Source: a virus
Lineage: Duplodnaviria > Caudoviricetes
Length of the DNA stretch: 26,381 nucleotides
Strand: one strand, 5' to 3'
IMG/VR virus record: IMGVR_UViG_3300048030_000249
Location: 1 to 26,381 of that record
The notes beneath the pieces are model-generated. The model ran no database searches, was not told the DNA's origin, and saw only the letters and a program-made list of their open reading frames with translations. How positions within the stretch are numbered: position 1 is the stretch's first letter; every line of letters starts with the position of its first letter. Of this stretch, positions 1 to 9,454 are shown piece by piece. The position numbers and the translations under genes were made by a program.

Positions 1-145
1 ATTGTCTGCCTGGCAATGAACAACTTTCTACTCGTATACCCTCTAAGGAGAAACCGAGTTTAGGACAATGAATATCAACAGAGAATCTATTGCTTCTTGC
101 ACCTTGGTCAAAGTTGAACTTGAATTTATCTATTGATGTTCCCAT
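1..145 (-). CDS. Partial (5' end) baseplate tail-tube initiator, gp54/gp19-like
   Basis: Not in the ORF track. The ATG at 145-143 overlaps the gp2 stop (TAATG). Manual translation MGTSIDKFKFNFDQGARSNRFSVDIHCPKLGFSLEGIRVESCSLPGRQ stays open to the window edge and has the GAR.N.F.V...P...LPG pattern of T4 gp54/gp19-type tube proteins. Position after gp2 fits. Confidence 0.7.
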   Translation of the reverse strand, partial: MGTSIDKFKFNFDQGARSNRFSVDIHCPKLGFSLEGIRVESCSLPGRQ

Positions 146-735
146 TAAAATTGTTTCCTACTGTCTTTGTAAACTGTTAACGTATTCGTACCCTTTCCAA
201 ATCTTGCACTTGGTAATTGTGAAACCAAACTCCAATGTATGGGTAGAACTCTTTCTAGTTGTCCGTCAATATGGGATGTTAGGTATCTTTTTACACAAGG
301 TTTCCCATACTTGAACCTCGATACTTTACTGATTAGACCATACGATAATTTAAATCGTGTTTCACTATCTAATTCTTCATCACTAATTAAGGTGAAGAGT
401 TCTTCCAATAGTATTGCTCTGTACTTGGGTGCAATGTAATGTAAGTTCAACCCTATAAAACCATTGTTAGTAAAATCCATTGGAATCACTAAAGGAAATC
501 TATCGTAATACGGTAGAACGTCTTTATACAATGCATCATATACAAACATATACATGTGTCCTATGATATCATCTCTTACATTATCAGTTTCAGTTTCTTC
601 GCTAAGTAAGTTTATGTTCTTTAACTTAGACCTACTCATTTTCTGAAGTGCTTCCTTAAACCATTCTATTCCTTCTTTGGAATTAGACTCTATGTCTGCA
701 GGTTTAGATAATAGTACGTCAGTAAAGATTCCCAT
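145..735 (-). CDS. 2: DNA end protector protein (T4 gp2-like)
   Basis: 196 aa. Motifs YMFVYDA.YKDVLPYYDRFPLVI, GFIGLNLHY and PCVKRYL are typical of T4 gp2. Adjacent to gp4. Confidence 0.9.
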   Translation of the reverse strand: MGIFTDVLLSKPADIESNSKEGIEWFKEALQKMSRSKLKNINLLSEETETDNVRDDIIGHMYMFVYDALYKDVLPYYDRFPLVIPMDFTNNGFIGLNLHYIAPKYRAILLEELFTLISDEELDSETRFKLSYGLISKVSRFKYGKPCVKRYLTSHIDGQLERVLPIHWSLVSQLPSARFGKGTNTLTVYKDSRKQF

Positions 736-740
736 ACTTC

Positions 741-748
741 TATTTATG
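741..748 (-). promoter_or_regulatory. T4-type late promoter (CATAAATA) for gp2
   Basis: The minus strand reads CATAAATA-GAAGT-ATG. It lies in the gp4-gp2 gap and is a variant of the T4 gp55-dependent TATAAATA consensus. Confidence 0.7.
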
Positions 749-751
749 TCT

Positions 752-1183
752 TTAGGTTAAATCGTCTTCAGTTAAAATACGAAATTTATACTTTCTATCT
801 TTACAATACTGGTCTGCTGCTTTGAACTTTGCTTCGTTGACTGCATAAGTGGTAATCTCATTTAGATACTTCTTAGTTTTTCTTTGTTGGGGTTTGGGTG
901 GCATCGTCTGTCTTTTAGGTTTGACTTCGATTATTTCTCTCATAATCTTTCCCGTTGCACTTTTATACTTGATAAAGAAGTCGGGAAAGTATCTATGTAC
1001 TCTTTTATCAAGTGGTGATATGTAAGGAATCACTATTTCTTCACTATTCCATTCTAAAATTGCTGGGGACTTATCACAATATATCATGAAGTTTCTTTCC
1101 CATGACGACCTATAGAAGATTTTTGTAGAATCTCCTTTATACTTTTTATAGTTCTTCGGTTTGAACCTACCCTTATGTTGCAT
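752..1183 (-). CDS. 4: Head completion protein/nuclease (T4 gp4-like, PD-(D/E)XK fold)
   Basis: 143 aa. Motifs KGRFKPKN..KYKGD...I.YRSSWE, W.SEEIVIPY.SP.D...HRYFPDF and IEVKP. Confidence 0.92.
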   Translation of the reverse strand: MQHKGRFKPKNYKKYKGDSTKIFYRSSWERNFMIYCDKSPAILEWNSEEIVIPYISPLDKRVHRYFPDFFIKYKSATGKIMREIIEVKPKRQTMPPKPQQRKTKKYLNEITTYAVNEAKFKAADQYCKDRKYKFRILTEDDLT

Positions 1184-1188
1184 AAATA
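1181..1188 (+). promoter_or_regulatory. T4-type late promoter (CATAAATA) for the gp48 operon
   Basis: CATAAATAGAAGT lies upstream of gp48 and overlaps the gp4 start codon. Confidence 0.6.
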
Positions 1189-1213
1189 GAAGTGTACATA
1201 ATTAATTTAATAC

Positions 1214-1221
1214 TATTTATA
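1214..1221 (-). promoter_or_regulatory. T4-type late promoter (TATAAATA) for gp4
   Basis: The minus strand reads TATAAATAGTATTA, the same 14-mer found at 6566 and 12983. Confidence 0.75.
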
Positions 1222-1231
1222 GAGATTCTCA

Positions 1232-2326
1232 ATGGCATCTATCGACAAACTAATTTCAAAAATCAATAAAGCGAAGTCTGCTATCAATTCTTTCAAAGGT
1301 ATTGCAAGTAAGTTCAGTAGTAAAAACTTCACCTCTGCATTAGATAAACTTGGAGAAAATGCAGAAAAGGCAAAACGACAATTAGAGAGTCGAAGGAAAA
1401 CACTTGAAGCAAGTGTTGCAGGGAACAAAGCAAAATATAAATTAGACCATCCCGATGTCGATAGAGGATTAGAAGAGTTAAAGTATCCACTGAAAGATGA
1501 TTTGGATAACTATATTGTTTTCTCAACAAGACTTAGAGCAAAACGAGAAGGAACTAATGCTCAAAATATATACGGTGATACTGGAGTAGAAATTGCATTG
1601 TATGTTCCCGATGGATTATCATCAACATCACAAGTTTCTTTTAGTGGACAGGACTTTGGATTTGGTTCTAGAACAATCAATGAGATACGAGAAGCAGAAG
1701 GTTTCGGTGAGACCATTGGAGAAACAGGTGAAGCAATCAAAGCCATGGGTGCAAAGGCAATGAATGCATTAGGGAATAAATTGACTGGTGGTATAGGAAA
1801 CCTTAGAGATGGTAGAGCAGTCAATCCTATGCAAGAACAAACACTGGAAGGAGTTTCATTTAGAAGTTTTGCATTTGAATACGAGTTCTGGCCGAAGAGT
1901 CAAGAAGAAGCAGATGAGATTAATAAAATCATGTATGCATTTAGAACTGCTATGTTGCCCGATACCTTTGGGTCTAGTGATGAGAATGATGTAGAGAACT
2001 TCTTTAACTATCCAAACATATTTGATGTAGAATTTGAAGGGCCGATACGAAATGTCTTAGATGGTTTTTTACCTATGGTGTGTACCAAGTGTGACATAGA
2101 CCATTTCAATGGACAAAAGTTTGCAGTCTTTGAGGGTGGACAACCTATCTCTTCTAAAATGTCATTAGAGTTTGTAGAAATCAAAATATTATCTCAAGAA
2201 AATTATCAACAAATTTCTCCATTAGGAGACAAATCAATTAAAGGAATGCCAAGTATTGTTGATGATTATTCTAATGAGGCAGATGTAGTAAAACCTAAAA
2301 TTAGTAGTGGTAGTGGGAGAGGATAA
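1232..2326 (+). CDS. 48: Baseplate tail-tube cap (T4 gp48-like)
   Basis: 364 aa. Motifs LKYP, IALYVP, NP..EQTLEGVSFRSFAFEYEFWPKS..EA..I..I...FR..MLP, YPNIF and P....MSLEF.E. Confidence 0.85.
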   Translation: MASIDKLISKINKAKSAINSFKGIASKFSSKNFTSALDKLGENAEKAKRQLESRRKTLEASVAGNKAKYKLDHPDVDRGLEELKYPLKDDLDNYIVFSTRLRAKREGTNAQNIYGDTGVEIALYVPDGLSSTSQVSFSGQDFGFGSRTINEIREAEGFGETIGETGEAIKAMGAKAMNALGNKLTGGIGNLRDGRAVNPMQEQTLEGVSFRSFAFEYEFWPKSQEEADEINKIMYAFRTAMLPDTFGSSDENDVENFFNYPNIFDVEFEGPIRNVLDGFLPMVCTKCDIDHFNGQKFAVFEGGQPISSKMSLEFVEIKILSQENYQQISPLGDKSIKGMPSIVDDYSNEADVVKPKISSGSGRG

Positions 2327-3033
2327 TGTCAAATAAATATTTTAGTAATTTTCCCGAAATACAATACACCTTAAACACTGGTAAGATAATTACTATAAAG
2401 GATTTCTTTAGAAAGTCTATTATAGAAAGAGAGTCGGTCAATAGTTATATTGAATATGCAAAATATGAAATCTTAGATGGAGAAAGACCTGATGCAATAG
2501 CATCTAAACTCTATGGAGACTCACAATTACATTGGACATTTTTCTTAGTTAATGAATTAGAAAACTATTATGATTGGCATATGGACTCTGAAACATTTAA
2601 CAATTACATAAAAGAAATGTTTGAGGGTCAATCACTTACTGCAACAGAAATATCTGATATCATAACATCTGATTCTAAATTTCTTGTTGGAGAAAAGATA
2701 ACATCTAACACAGGTAATAGTGGTAATGTATTAGAAGTTGATGGTGCTGAGAAACGACTTACTGTTAGTGGTGTATTCTCAACTGGAGATGTTGTAACAG
2801 GTTCTAGGAGTGGTAAGTCATTCACAGTTCAGTCTGTAGTAGACCATAAAGATGATGTTGCATATTATGAGAATGCAGACGGCATCAAAAGAAATTATGG
2901 TGGAAGTGGTTGGAATCAAGTCTCCCACTATGATGATGAGTGGACAAAGAATGAGTCAAGAAGAACCATAAAAATTATTAAACCCGAAAGGATTAAAAGA
3001 GTAGTATCAGAATTTGAACGTGTGATGTCATAA
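2326..3033 (+). CDS. 53: Baseplate wedge subunit (T4 gp53-like)
   Basis: 235 aa. Motifs YFSNFPEI.Y, Y.I.DGERPD.IA.KLYGD..LHW...LVN and C-terminal NE.RR.IKIIKPE. Confidence 0.9.
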   Translation: MSNKYFSNFPEIQYTLNTGKIITIKDFFRKSIIERESVNSYIEYAKYEILDGERPDAIASKLYGDSQLHWTFFLVNELENYYDWHMDSETFNNYIKEMFEGQSLTATEISDIITSDSKFLVGEKITSNTGNSGNVLEVDGAEKRLTVSGVFSTGDVVTGSRSGKSFTVQSVVDHKDDVAYYENADGIKRNYGGSGWNQVSHYDDEWTKNESRRTIKIIKPERIKRVVSEFERVMS

Positions 3034-4484
3034 TGAGTAATTTTCAATCAGGTGAATTTCAATTAGAGTCTTTAACTATTGTCAACTCTGAAAAAGAGTC
3101 AGTAGACTTATCTACAGATTTAGCAATTAATCTTAGATTATATGAATCCATCTATAGTAAATTTGTAACTGGTGATGTTTCTGTTTTAGACGGACTCAAT
3201 CTATTAAAGAACTTTAAATTTACAGGTCAAGAAAGTTTAACAATTCGTATGAGACAAAAAGAAGGAGTTGCAGACTTATCTTCAAATGAGTTTTCGATTG
3301 AGAAGACATTTAGAATTTATAAAGTTGTTAACATACAGAGACCATTGAATAATACATTAACATATCAATTAAAGTTCTGCGACCCAAGAATGTTTTCTGC
3401 AAGGACAACTAGAATAAGTCAAACTTTAAGAGGTTCTTATACTGATATGTTATATCAAGTGTTACAAGACCCTAAAGGTGTTAACATTAAACCAAATGAA
3501 ATTGAGTCGTGGGAAGAGACAAGTCCTGATAAGATGCAATTCATATGTCCTAATTGGTCAGTTGCAGAACTTACAGACCACATAGTATCAGAAGCATCTG
3601 TTGGTGGAGGAGAACAGTCATGGAAAAATGGTATGTTCTTCTTTCAGACAATCAACGGTGGATTTAGATTTACAAGTATAGACACAATGTTCTCAATGGA
3701 GTTCCCATTAGTATTCTCATATAAACCAAGAAATGCAAATATAAAAACTAAAGATATGGACATTAATGATTACAGTGGTCTGAACACTGAAATTATGCAT
3801 GTAGAAAAACCAGCTCAGTTTGATACACTTAGAGGTGTTCTGAATGGTGCATATGCATCATCAATGAAAGTATATGACCCTATAAGAAAACTAGAATCTG
3901 ATATTGTATATGATATGGATGAAACATTTAAAAGAGGACAACATGTTTCAGGATTCCCTTTGATAAGAACAAACATTGAAGAACAGACAAATACTGCAGA
4001 CGTACTAAAGGACGATTTCACCCCAGCAGATTCGAAAGAGTTTACAAACCATCTCTCAATGAATAAAGCATTTGAAAGTGTAGTGTATTATGACTGTAGT
4101 AATGCACATGACTTTGACAATGCAGAAAACCTATCAGACAATGAAACATTTCAAACAGATGTTATTAGAGATAATGCAGTACTAGAAAGGAAAGGATTAT
4201 TAGAAACACTACAACAACATCGTATTGTTGTTACCGTACCTTTAAGAACAGATTTGACAGTTGGTCAAATCATAAGGTTAAACATACCTGAACCTGAATC
4301 TCAACAGTCTAAGCAATCAACGAAAGATAACCTAAATGATAATAGATATTTAATAATAGACTTATGTATTAATGCAGACCCTATTCACAATAGAGGTGTT
4401 TGTTATTTAGAATGTGTTAAAGAAAGTTATGCAATGGATATAGAAAGTGCAGAAGTAACAGACACAATTCCTAGGAGTATATAA
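3033..4484 (+). CDS. Putative baseplate hub protein (gp27/late control D-like)
   Basis: 483 aa between gp53 and gp5. Motifs LYESIYS.FVTG...V.D, FFFQT..GF.F.SID and C-terminal L.VGQII.LNIP...YLI. The assignment rests mainly on synteny and hub-like motifs. Confidence 0.6.
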   Translation: MSNFQSGEFQLESLTIVNSEKESVDLSTDLAINLRLYESIYSKFVTGDVSVLDGLNLLKNFKFTGQESLTIRMRQKEGVADLSSNEFSIEKTFRIYKVVNIQRPLNNTLTYQLKFCDPRMFSARTTRISQTLRGSYTDMLYQVLQDPKGVNIKPNEIESWEETSPDKMQFICPNWSVAELTDHIVSEASVGGGEQSWKNGMFFFQTINGGFRFTSIDTMFSMEFPLVFSYKPRNANIKTKDMDINDYSGLNTEIMHVEKPAQFDTLRGVLNGAYASSMKVYDPIRKLESDIVYDMDETFKRGQHVSGFPLIRTNIEEQTNTADVLKDDFTPADSKEFTNHLSMNKAFESVVYYDCSNAHDFDNAENLSDNETFQTDVIRDNAVLERKGLLETLQQHRIVVTVPLRTDLTVGQIIRLNIPEPESQQSKQSTKDNLNDNRYLIIDLCINADPIHNRGVCYLECVKESYAMDIESAEVTDTIPRSI

Positions 4485-5488
4485 TGAAAACTTTTTATGG
4501 TATAGTTGAAGACAGACAAGACCCTCTAAAGATTGGTAGAGTCAGAGTTCGTTGTTATGGTATCCATACAGCAAACAAACAACTTATTGCTACACCCGAC
4601 CTTCCATGGGCTCAAGTGTTACTACCGACTACCTCTGCAGGGTTATCGGGTTTTGGAACACAACACGGACTTGTGGAAGGTTCTACAGTATTTGGTTTCT
4701 TTAGAGATGGAGATACGTGTCAACAACCAGTAGTCCTTGGTTCAACTGCAGGTATTCCACAAGTAGGATATAAGGAAGGACTTGATAAGAAACTTATAGA
4801 ACGAAAAGTTAAGACAGGTTTTAATGACCCAAGAGAATTAACCGTTGCAGATTATGAAGAAACACCTGATGGGCCGAATCCAAAACAAGATGCAAGAAGA
4901 GGGTTTGGGTTAACCACTGCACTAGACACTGCACCAACTAAACCTGAAACCCTTGAAATCAATTATGATGGAACAGGTTCTAAAATTACAAATCCAACAG
5001 TCACCGAACTTCCAAAGTATCCATTATACATAGAAGAGTCAGACCTATCCAAGTTTGCAAGAGGTGAGGGTGATTACACTTCAAGAGACACTAGTAGTGC
5101 AAATGGTATTCCATCAAAAGCAAAACCAGTTTATCCTTACAACAAAGTTTTAGAATCTGAATCAGGTCATGTGTTGGAGATTGATGATACACTAGATGCA
5201 GAAAGAATTGCAGTAGAACATCGTTCAGGCACATTCCATGAAATACATCCTGATGGAAGTCAGGTAACTCGAATCGTAAACGACAATTACACTGTAGTGT
5301 GTAAAGACGATGAAGTGCATGTCGGTGGCAAAGTAAATGTTAAGGTGCTTGGAGATGCAACATTCGATGTTGGTGGAGATGCAAAGATTACTGTTGCAAA
5401 GACAACTGCAATAGAGTCTACAGGAAACCTATCAGTCGTTGCACCACAAATAAGTTTAGATGGTACAGTTATTAAGTTGAACTCATAA
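4484..5488 (+). CDS. 5: Baseplate central spike gp5 (OB-fold plus beta-helix, no lysozyme domain)
   Basis: 334 aa. N-terminal G.VEDRQDPLKIGRVRVRC.G.H...LPWAQV..P and GFFRDG..QQPVVLG, then YPYNKV.ESESGHV.E.DDT...ERI...HRSGTF.EIHPDG, then short beta-repeats ending VIKLNS. Confidence 0.9.
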   Translation: MKTFYGIVEDRQDPLKIGRVRVRCYGIHTANKQLIATPDLPWAQVLLPTTSAGLSGFGTQHGLVEGSTVFGFFRDGDTCQQPVVLGSTAGIPQVGYKEGLDKKLIERKVKTGFNDPRELTVADYEETPDGPNPKQDARRGFGLTTALDTAPTKPETLEINYDGTGSKITNPTVTELPKYPLYIEESDLSKFARGEGDYTSRDTSSANGIPSKAKPVYPYNKVLESESGHVLEIDDTLDAERIAVEHRSGTFHEIHPDGSQVTRIVNDNYTVVCKDDEVHVGGKVNVKVLGDATFDVGGDAKITVAKTTAIESTGNLSVVAPQISLDGTVIKLNS

Positions 5489-6570
5489 TGGCAACAACCT
5501 TACCTACAATACCAAATACATTTCCATGTCCCGATGGTACAGTTATTAATCTACCATCTAAGGCAGACTTAACAAATAGTATTGCAAAGATTGGAGACAT
5601 ACCCAGTCAACTAAAAGTATATCTTGTAACACATGCAGACGAGATAGAAGAAGATGCAAAAAAGGATATAGAAAAGGTCATAGAAGATGTAGAAGGTTTT
5701 ATGGATAAACTTGCAGATATTGCTTCTCCTTATTGGGAGAAAGGGAAAGTTCGTAATTGGGGCAAAGAAGCAAGAGAAGCTGTAGAAGAAATGTTACAAG
5801 AGTTTCATATCTATGTTCCAGTGAAGATTATGGAACTGATAGGAGATATAATTCCAGTATCCTTTGAGGTTACTATCTTAGGAATAGAAATAGACGTACT
5901 TAAAATCTTAACTAAAGAAGAACAAAAAGATATCAAAGACCAAATAGGTGCAAAGGTAGATGAGTTTTATGCATTGATTCCCGATGAGTATAAATGTTTT
6001 GACGGGGACTTTGGTATAGAATGTGATGAGTGGAAAGCAAAAGTTACATGGAAGTATCTAAAAAGTGAAATCATGGATTGGGTGTCTAACTCTTTATTCA
6101 AGTTAGGAGAGAAACTCATAAAGAAGTTTAAAGAGATATGGGATGCATTAGGTCTTCCAAGTATACCCGACATATTTGATTTTGATTTAGGTGCATTAAT
6201 CAATCAATGGAAGGCAGAAGCAGAAGCAAAGTATGGTAAGGGGTCTAAAGACTATAGAGAGTATATCAAAAAGAAACTTGAAAATCTATCCATAGCAGGG
6301 TTTAGTCTCTCTGATATTACAGGTGGAGACATTGAGTTAAGTGTTCAGTCTTTAGATGATAAGATTAACGAAATGATTTCAGACTTTAGAGATTTTAAAA
6401 TTAACTGGAAGAAGAAACTACTCTTGGAGTGGACAGAAATTGTAGAAAAGTTCTTTAAAGCAATAGGACTTGGTAAGATATTTGATTTTATCAATTTAAC
6501 ATTTTGTGATTTGTTAAAACTTATAGGTTTTCCTCAATCAATCGACATAACAGTTCCTAAGAGTGTATAA
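5488..6570 (+). CDS. Uncharacterised alpha-helical protein coupled to gp5
   Basis: 360 aa with a TAATG overlap with gp5. Lys/Glu/Asp/Ile/Leu/Trp-rich amphipathic pattern; no family recognised. Confidence 0.8.
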   Translation: MATTLPTIPNTFPCPDGTVINLPSKADLTNSIAKIGDIPSQLKVYLVTHADEIEEDAKKDIEKVIEDVEGFMDKLADIASPYWEKGKVRNWGKEAREAVEEMLQEFHIYVPVKIMELIGDIIPVSFEVTILGIEIDVLKILTKEEQKDIKDQIGAKVDEFYALIPDEYKCFDGDFGIECDEWKAKVTWKYLKSEIMDWVSNSLFKLGEKLIKKFKEIWDALGLPSIPDIFDFDLGALINQWKAEAEAKYGKGSKDYREYIKKKLENLSIAGFSLSDITGGDIELSVQSLDDKINEMISDFRDFKINWKKKLLLEWTEIVEKFFKAIGLGKIFDFINLTFCDLLKLIGFPQSIDITVPKSV

Positions 6571-6573
6571 ATA
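6566..6573 (+). promoter_or_regulatory. T4-type late promoter (TATAAATA) for gp25
   Basis: Exact consensus followed by GTATT-ATG. Confidence 0.8.
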
Positions 6574-6578
6574 GTATT

Positions 6579-6998
6579 ATGGCAATAGATGTAGTAAACA
6601 ATGCAAAGGTAGTTGCAACCAAAAACAATTATAGGGACTTGGATTTACTTTTCAAAGCACATCCAATAACTGGAGATGTTACAACTAGAAGTGATGTCGA
6701 AGCAGTTAAGAGGTCAGTTAAGAATATCATATTAACAAACAATTATGAGAGACCATTCAAGCCAGGGTTTGGTGGTTCTATAAGAGATTTACTATTTGAA
6801 TTGAATACTGCAAGAAAGATAAGAAAGGTTGAAAAAAGAATAGTAGACATGTTAGAAACATTTGAACCTAGAATCTCCAACATACAAGTAAGAGTCGGAG
6901 ATACCGATACAAATGCAGTTAACATGCAAGTCTTTTACACTATTAAAAATACAGAAAGAAAACAAGAAGTAGATTTCAAAATAACAAGGGCAAGATAA
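6579..6998 (+). CDS. 25: Baseplate wedge subunit (T4 gp25-like)
   Basis: 139 aa. Motifs YRDLDL.F..HP.TGDV, AVKRSVKNIILTN.YERPF.P.FG..I..LLFE and FEPRI. Confidence 0.93.
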   Translation: MAIDVVNNAKVVATKNNYRDLDLLFKAHPITGDVTTRSDVEAVKRSVKNIILTNNYERPFKPGFGGSIRDLLFELNTARKIRKVEKRIVDMLETFEPRISNIQVRVGDTDTNAVNMQVFYTIKNTERKQEVDFKITRAR

Positions 6999-8869
6999 TG
7001 GCAATTAAGAGTTCACAAATAAACATTACTGATTTAGATTTCGAAAACATAGCAGATAATCTTAAATCCTATCTACAAGGACAAGACCATTTAAAGGATT
7101 ATGACTTTGAGGGTTCAACCATGTCAGTGTTAGTAGACCTTCTTGCATACTCATCACATATTGGTGCAATCAATACAAACATTGCAGGGTCAGAGTTATT
7201 TTTAGACTCTGCACAAATGAGAAAGAATGTAGTATCTCGTGCAAAGGATTTAGGATTTGTCCCTGCATCCGAAAAGGCATCTAGTGCTATTGTTGATGTT
7301 TCAATAAAAAATGTTAGAAATGCAGATGGAACTTACCCGACAGTTAGTGAAATGGCAATGACAAGAGGAACTAGACTATCTACAGTATTTGATGGATTGA
7401 CATATGAGTTCGTAGTTCCCAATACAATAAATCCATCACAAAATGGAACAACATACACTTACTCTAGTGTTCCTATTATACAAGGAACATATGCAACAGA
7501 CCAATTTGTGTTTGATGGACAAGTACCAAATCCAAAATTTGTATTATCAAATGAAAGAGTTGACAGAACACAACTCAATGTTTCTGTAAACTCTGCTGGA
7601 ACATCAGACACTTATACACTTTCAACAGATGTATCTAATATCACTACAACTTCTAAAGCATATTATGTGCAAGAGAATGAAGATGCATTTGTTGAAATCT
7701 ATTTTGGAGATGGTGTATTAGGTAAACAATTACTTGATGGTGATGTTATTACTGTTACTTATATCATAGTTGATGATATTCATTGTGATGGTTCAAGGGA
7801 CTTTGTATTAGAAAGTTCTATTAATGGATATACCGACTCTACTATCACGACAACTTCAGTTTCTACAGGTGGTGCAGAAAAAGAAAGTATAGAGTCAATC
7901 AAATTTAAAGCAACAAAGTTTTACACTTCACAAAACAGACTGGTAACACTGAATGACTACAAAGCAAAAGTCAGTGAGTATTACCCGAATGCAGATGCAG
8001 TTGCAGTATGGGGTGGTGAAGACAACAATCCACCCGAATATGGTAAAGTATTTCTTGCTATCAAACCATTAAACTCTGATTACTTATCAGATACAGAGAA
8101 GACTGCAATCAAAGGTAAATTGAACTCTCTAAATATGTTGACAGTAAGACCAGTTATTGTAGATGCAGAAATCGTCAAGGTTCTTATTTCAACAACATTT
8201 AAATATAACGATAGAGCAACAACTCTTTCACAAGGAGAGTTAGAAACATTGGTAGAGTTAACAATTAATAATTTTGATAGAGATAACTTAACTAACTTTG
8301 ATTCTATATTCAGACATTCAAATCTAATTAAAAATATTGATGATTGTGAAGGTTCTATTCTTTCTAATACAACAAACATAAGATTGAAAAAGAGTTTAGC
8401 AATAAAGGCAGCACAACTAATAGGATACTCATTAACAACTGGTAACGGATTATATAATCCAACAACTGGTTACAACAAAGAAAATGGTGGGATAACATCG
8501 ACAACTGGATTTTATGCCCAAGGTGATGCAACCAACATTCAATACTTTGACGATGATGGGTCAGGAAACTTGAGAAGATTCTATCTATCAGGTGCAACAA
8601 GAATTTATACGGATAATTTTGCTGGTACAGTAGATTATTCTACAGGACTTTTATCGGTCAATGCCATCAACATAACTTCAACAGTGAATGTAGATAGTAC
8701 GATTGATTTTACCTTAATACCGAGCAGTAACGATGTTGTTGCGACAAGAGGAATCTTAATTGATATCTCTAGTTCTGATATCTCGGTTAAGGCAGAAGTA
8801 GACACCATCGCAAGTGGTGAAAGTAGTGCAGGTGTTGGATATTCTTCAACATCTACATCAACATATTAA
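6998..8869 (+). CDS. 6: Baseplate wedge subunit (T4 gp6-like)
   Basis: 623 aa. Motifs LDFENI..NLKSYL, DYDFEGS.MSVL.DLLAY, ELFLDSAQ.RKNVVS.AK.LG, EIYFGDG.LGK, QNRLVT..DY and WGGEDN.PP.YGKVF. Confidence 0.95.
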   Translation: MAIKSSQINITDLDFENIADNLKSYLQGQDHLKDYDFEGSTMSVLVDLLAYSSHIGAINTNIAGSELFLDSAQMRKNVVSRAKDLGFVPASEKASSAIVDVSIKNVRNADGTYPTVSEMAMTRGTRLSTVFDGLTYEFVVPNTINPSQNGTTYTYSSVPIIQGTYATDQFVFDGQVPNPKFVLSNERVDRTQLNVSVNSAGTSDTYTLSTDVSNITTTSKAYYVQENEDAFVEIYFGDGVLGKQLLDGDVITVTYIIVDDIHCDGSRDFVLESSINGYTDSTITTTSVSTGGAEKESIESIKFKATKFYTSQNRLVTLNDYKAKVSEYYPNADAVAVWGGEDNNPPEYGKVFLAIKPLNSDYLSDTEKTAIKGKLNSLNMLTVRPVIVDAEIVKVLISTTFKYNDRATTLSQGELETLVELTINNFDRDNLTNFDSIFRHSNLIKNIDDCEGSILSNTTNIRLKKSLAIKAAQLIGYSLTTGNGLYNPTTGYNKENGGITSTTGFYAQGDATNIQYFDDDGSGNLRRFYLSGATRIYTDNFAGTVDYSTGLLSVNAINITSTVNVDSTIDFTLIPSSNDVVATRGILIDISSSDISVKAEVDTIASGESSAGVGYSSTSTSTY

Positions 8870-8872
8870 TTT

Positions 8873-8924
8873 ATGGATAAAGTGGTCTAAGACTGTAGGT
8901 TCAGTGCTTAGAGTAGCATCCCAT
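8873..8924 (+). other. Imperfect long stem-loop in the intergenic leader
   Basis: TCTAAG-ACTG (8886-8895), loop TAGGTT, CAGT-g-CTTAGA (8902-8912). An outer ATGGAT (8873-8878) can pair with ATCCCAT (8918-8924). Confidence 0.55.
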
Positions 8925-8953
8925 TAATTTGGTTTTTATAGGAGTAAACTAAA

Positions 8954-9442
8954 ATGGCAGATAAAAAAATAAGTGCATTAACACAAGTATCAGATTCTGA
9001 TATCGGTGCAGATGACCTTCTACATATTGTAGACAACCCAGGCGGAACACCCGTCAACAAGAAAATGACTATCGGTCAAATGTTTGAAAACATCCCAACT
9101 CACTTAGCAGTTGACGATATCACAACATTGACTGCAACTGCAAGTAACCTTGCAAGTTCTTTTGCAACTGCAATCGACCTTTCAGGTGCATCAGCAGATG
9201 TCGCTTTCACATTAGACAACGGAACAGACGTTGGTCAGTTAAAAGTAATTTATGCTTCAACTGAACCTGCATCTTCATACGTTGCAAATATAACTGTAAC
9301 TTCATGGGGTACAAGTGCGACTGGTTCAAACCAAATCGTTCTTTCAACTCTTGGTGAAGCAGTTATTTGTTTTTGGTCAGGAACTAAGTGGTTTGTAATC
9401 GCTGATTCAGGATTAACAGCATCAAGACCTGCAATAACATAA
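8954..9442 (+). CDS. Virion structural protein with MADKKIS.L N-terminus
   Basis: 162 aa with a strong SD (AGGAG). N-terminal MADKKISALT...DLL.IVD......NKK.T is a motif common in phage fibre/decoration proteins. The C-terminus is beta-rich. Confidence 0.8.
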   Translation: MADKKISALTQVSDSDIGADDLLHIVDNPGGTPVNKKMTIGQMFENIPTHLAVDDITTLTATASNLASSFATAIDLSGASADVAFTLDNGTDVGQLKVIYASTEPASSYVANITVTSWGTSATGSNQIVLSTLGEAVICFWSGTKWFVIADSGLTASRPAIT

Positions 9443-9454
9443 GGATAATAACTA

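Noticed and set aside
736-1193. gp4 as a TnsA-like transposase flanked by a 13-bp inverted repeat (CATAAATAGAAGT)
   Set aside because: The repeats are explained as two outward-facing late promoters, and the gene has gp4 motifs in normal gp2-gp4-gp48 synteny.
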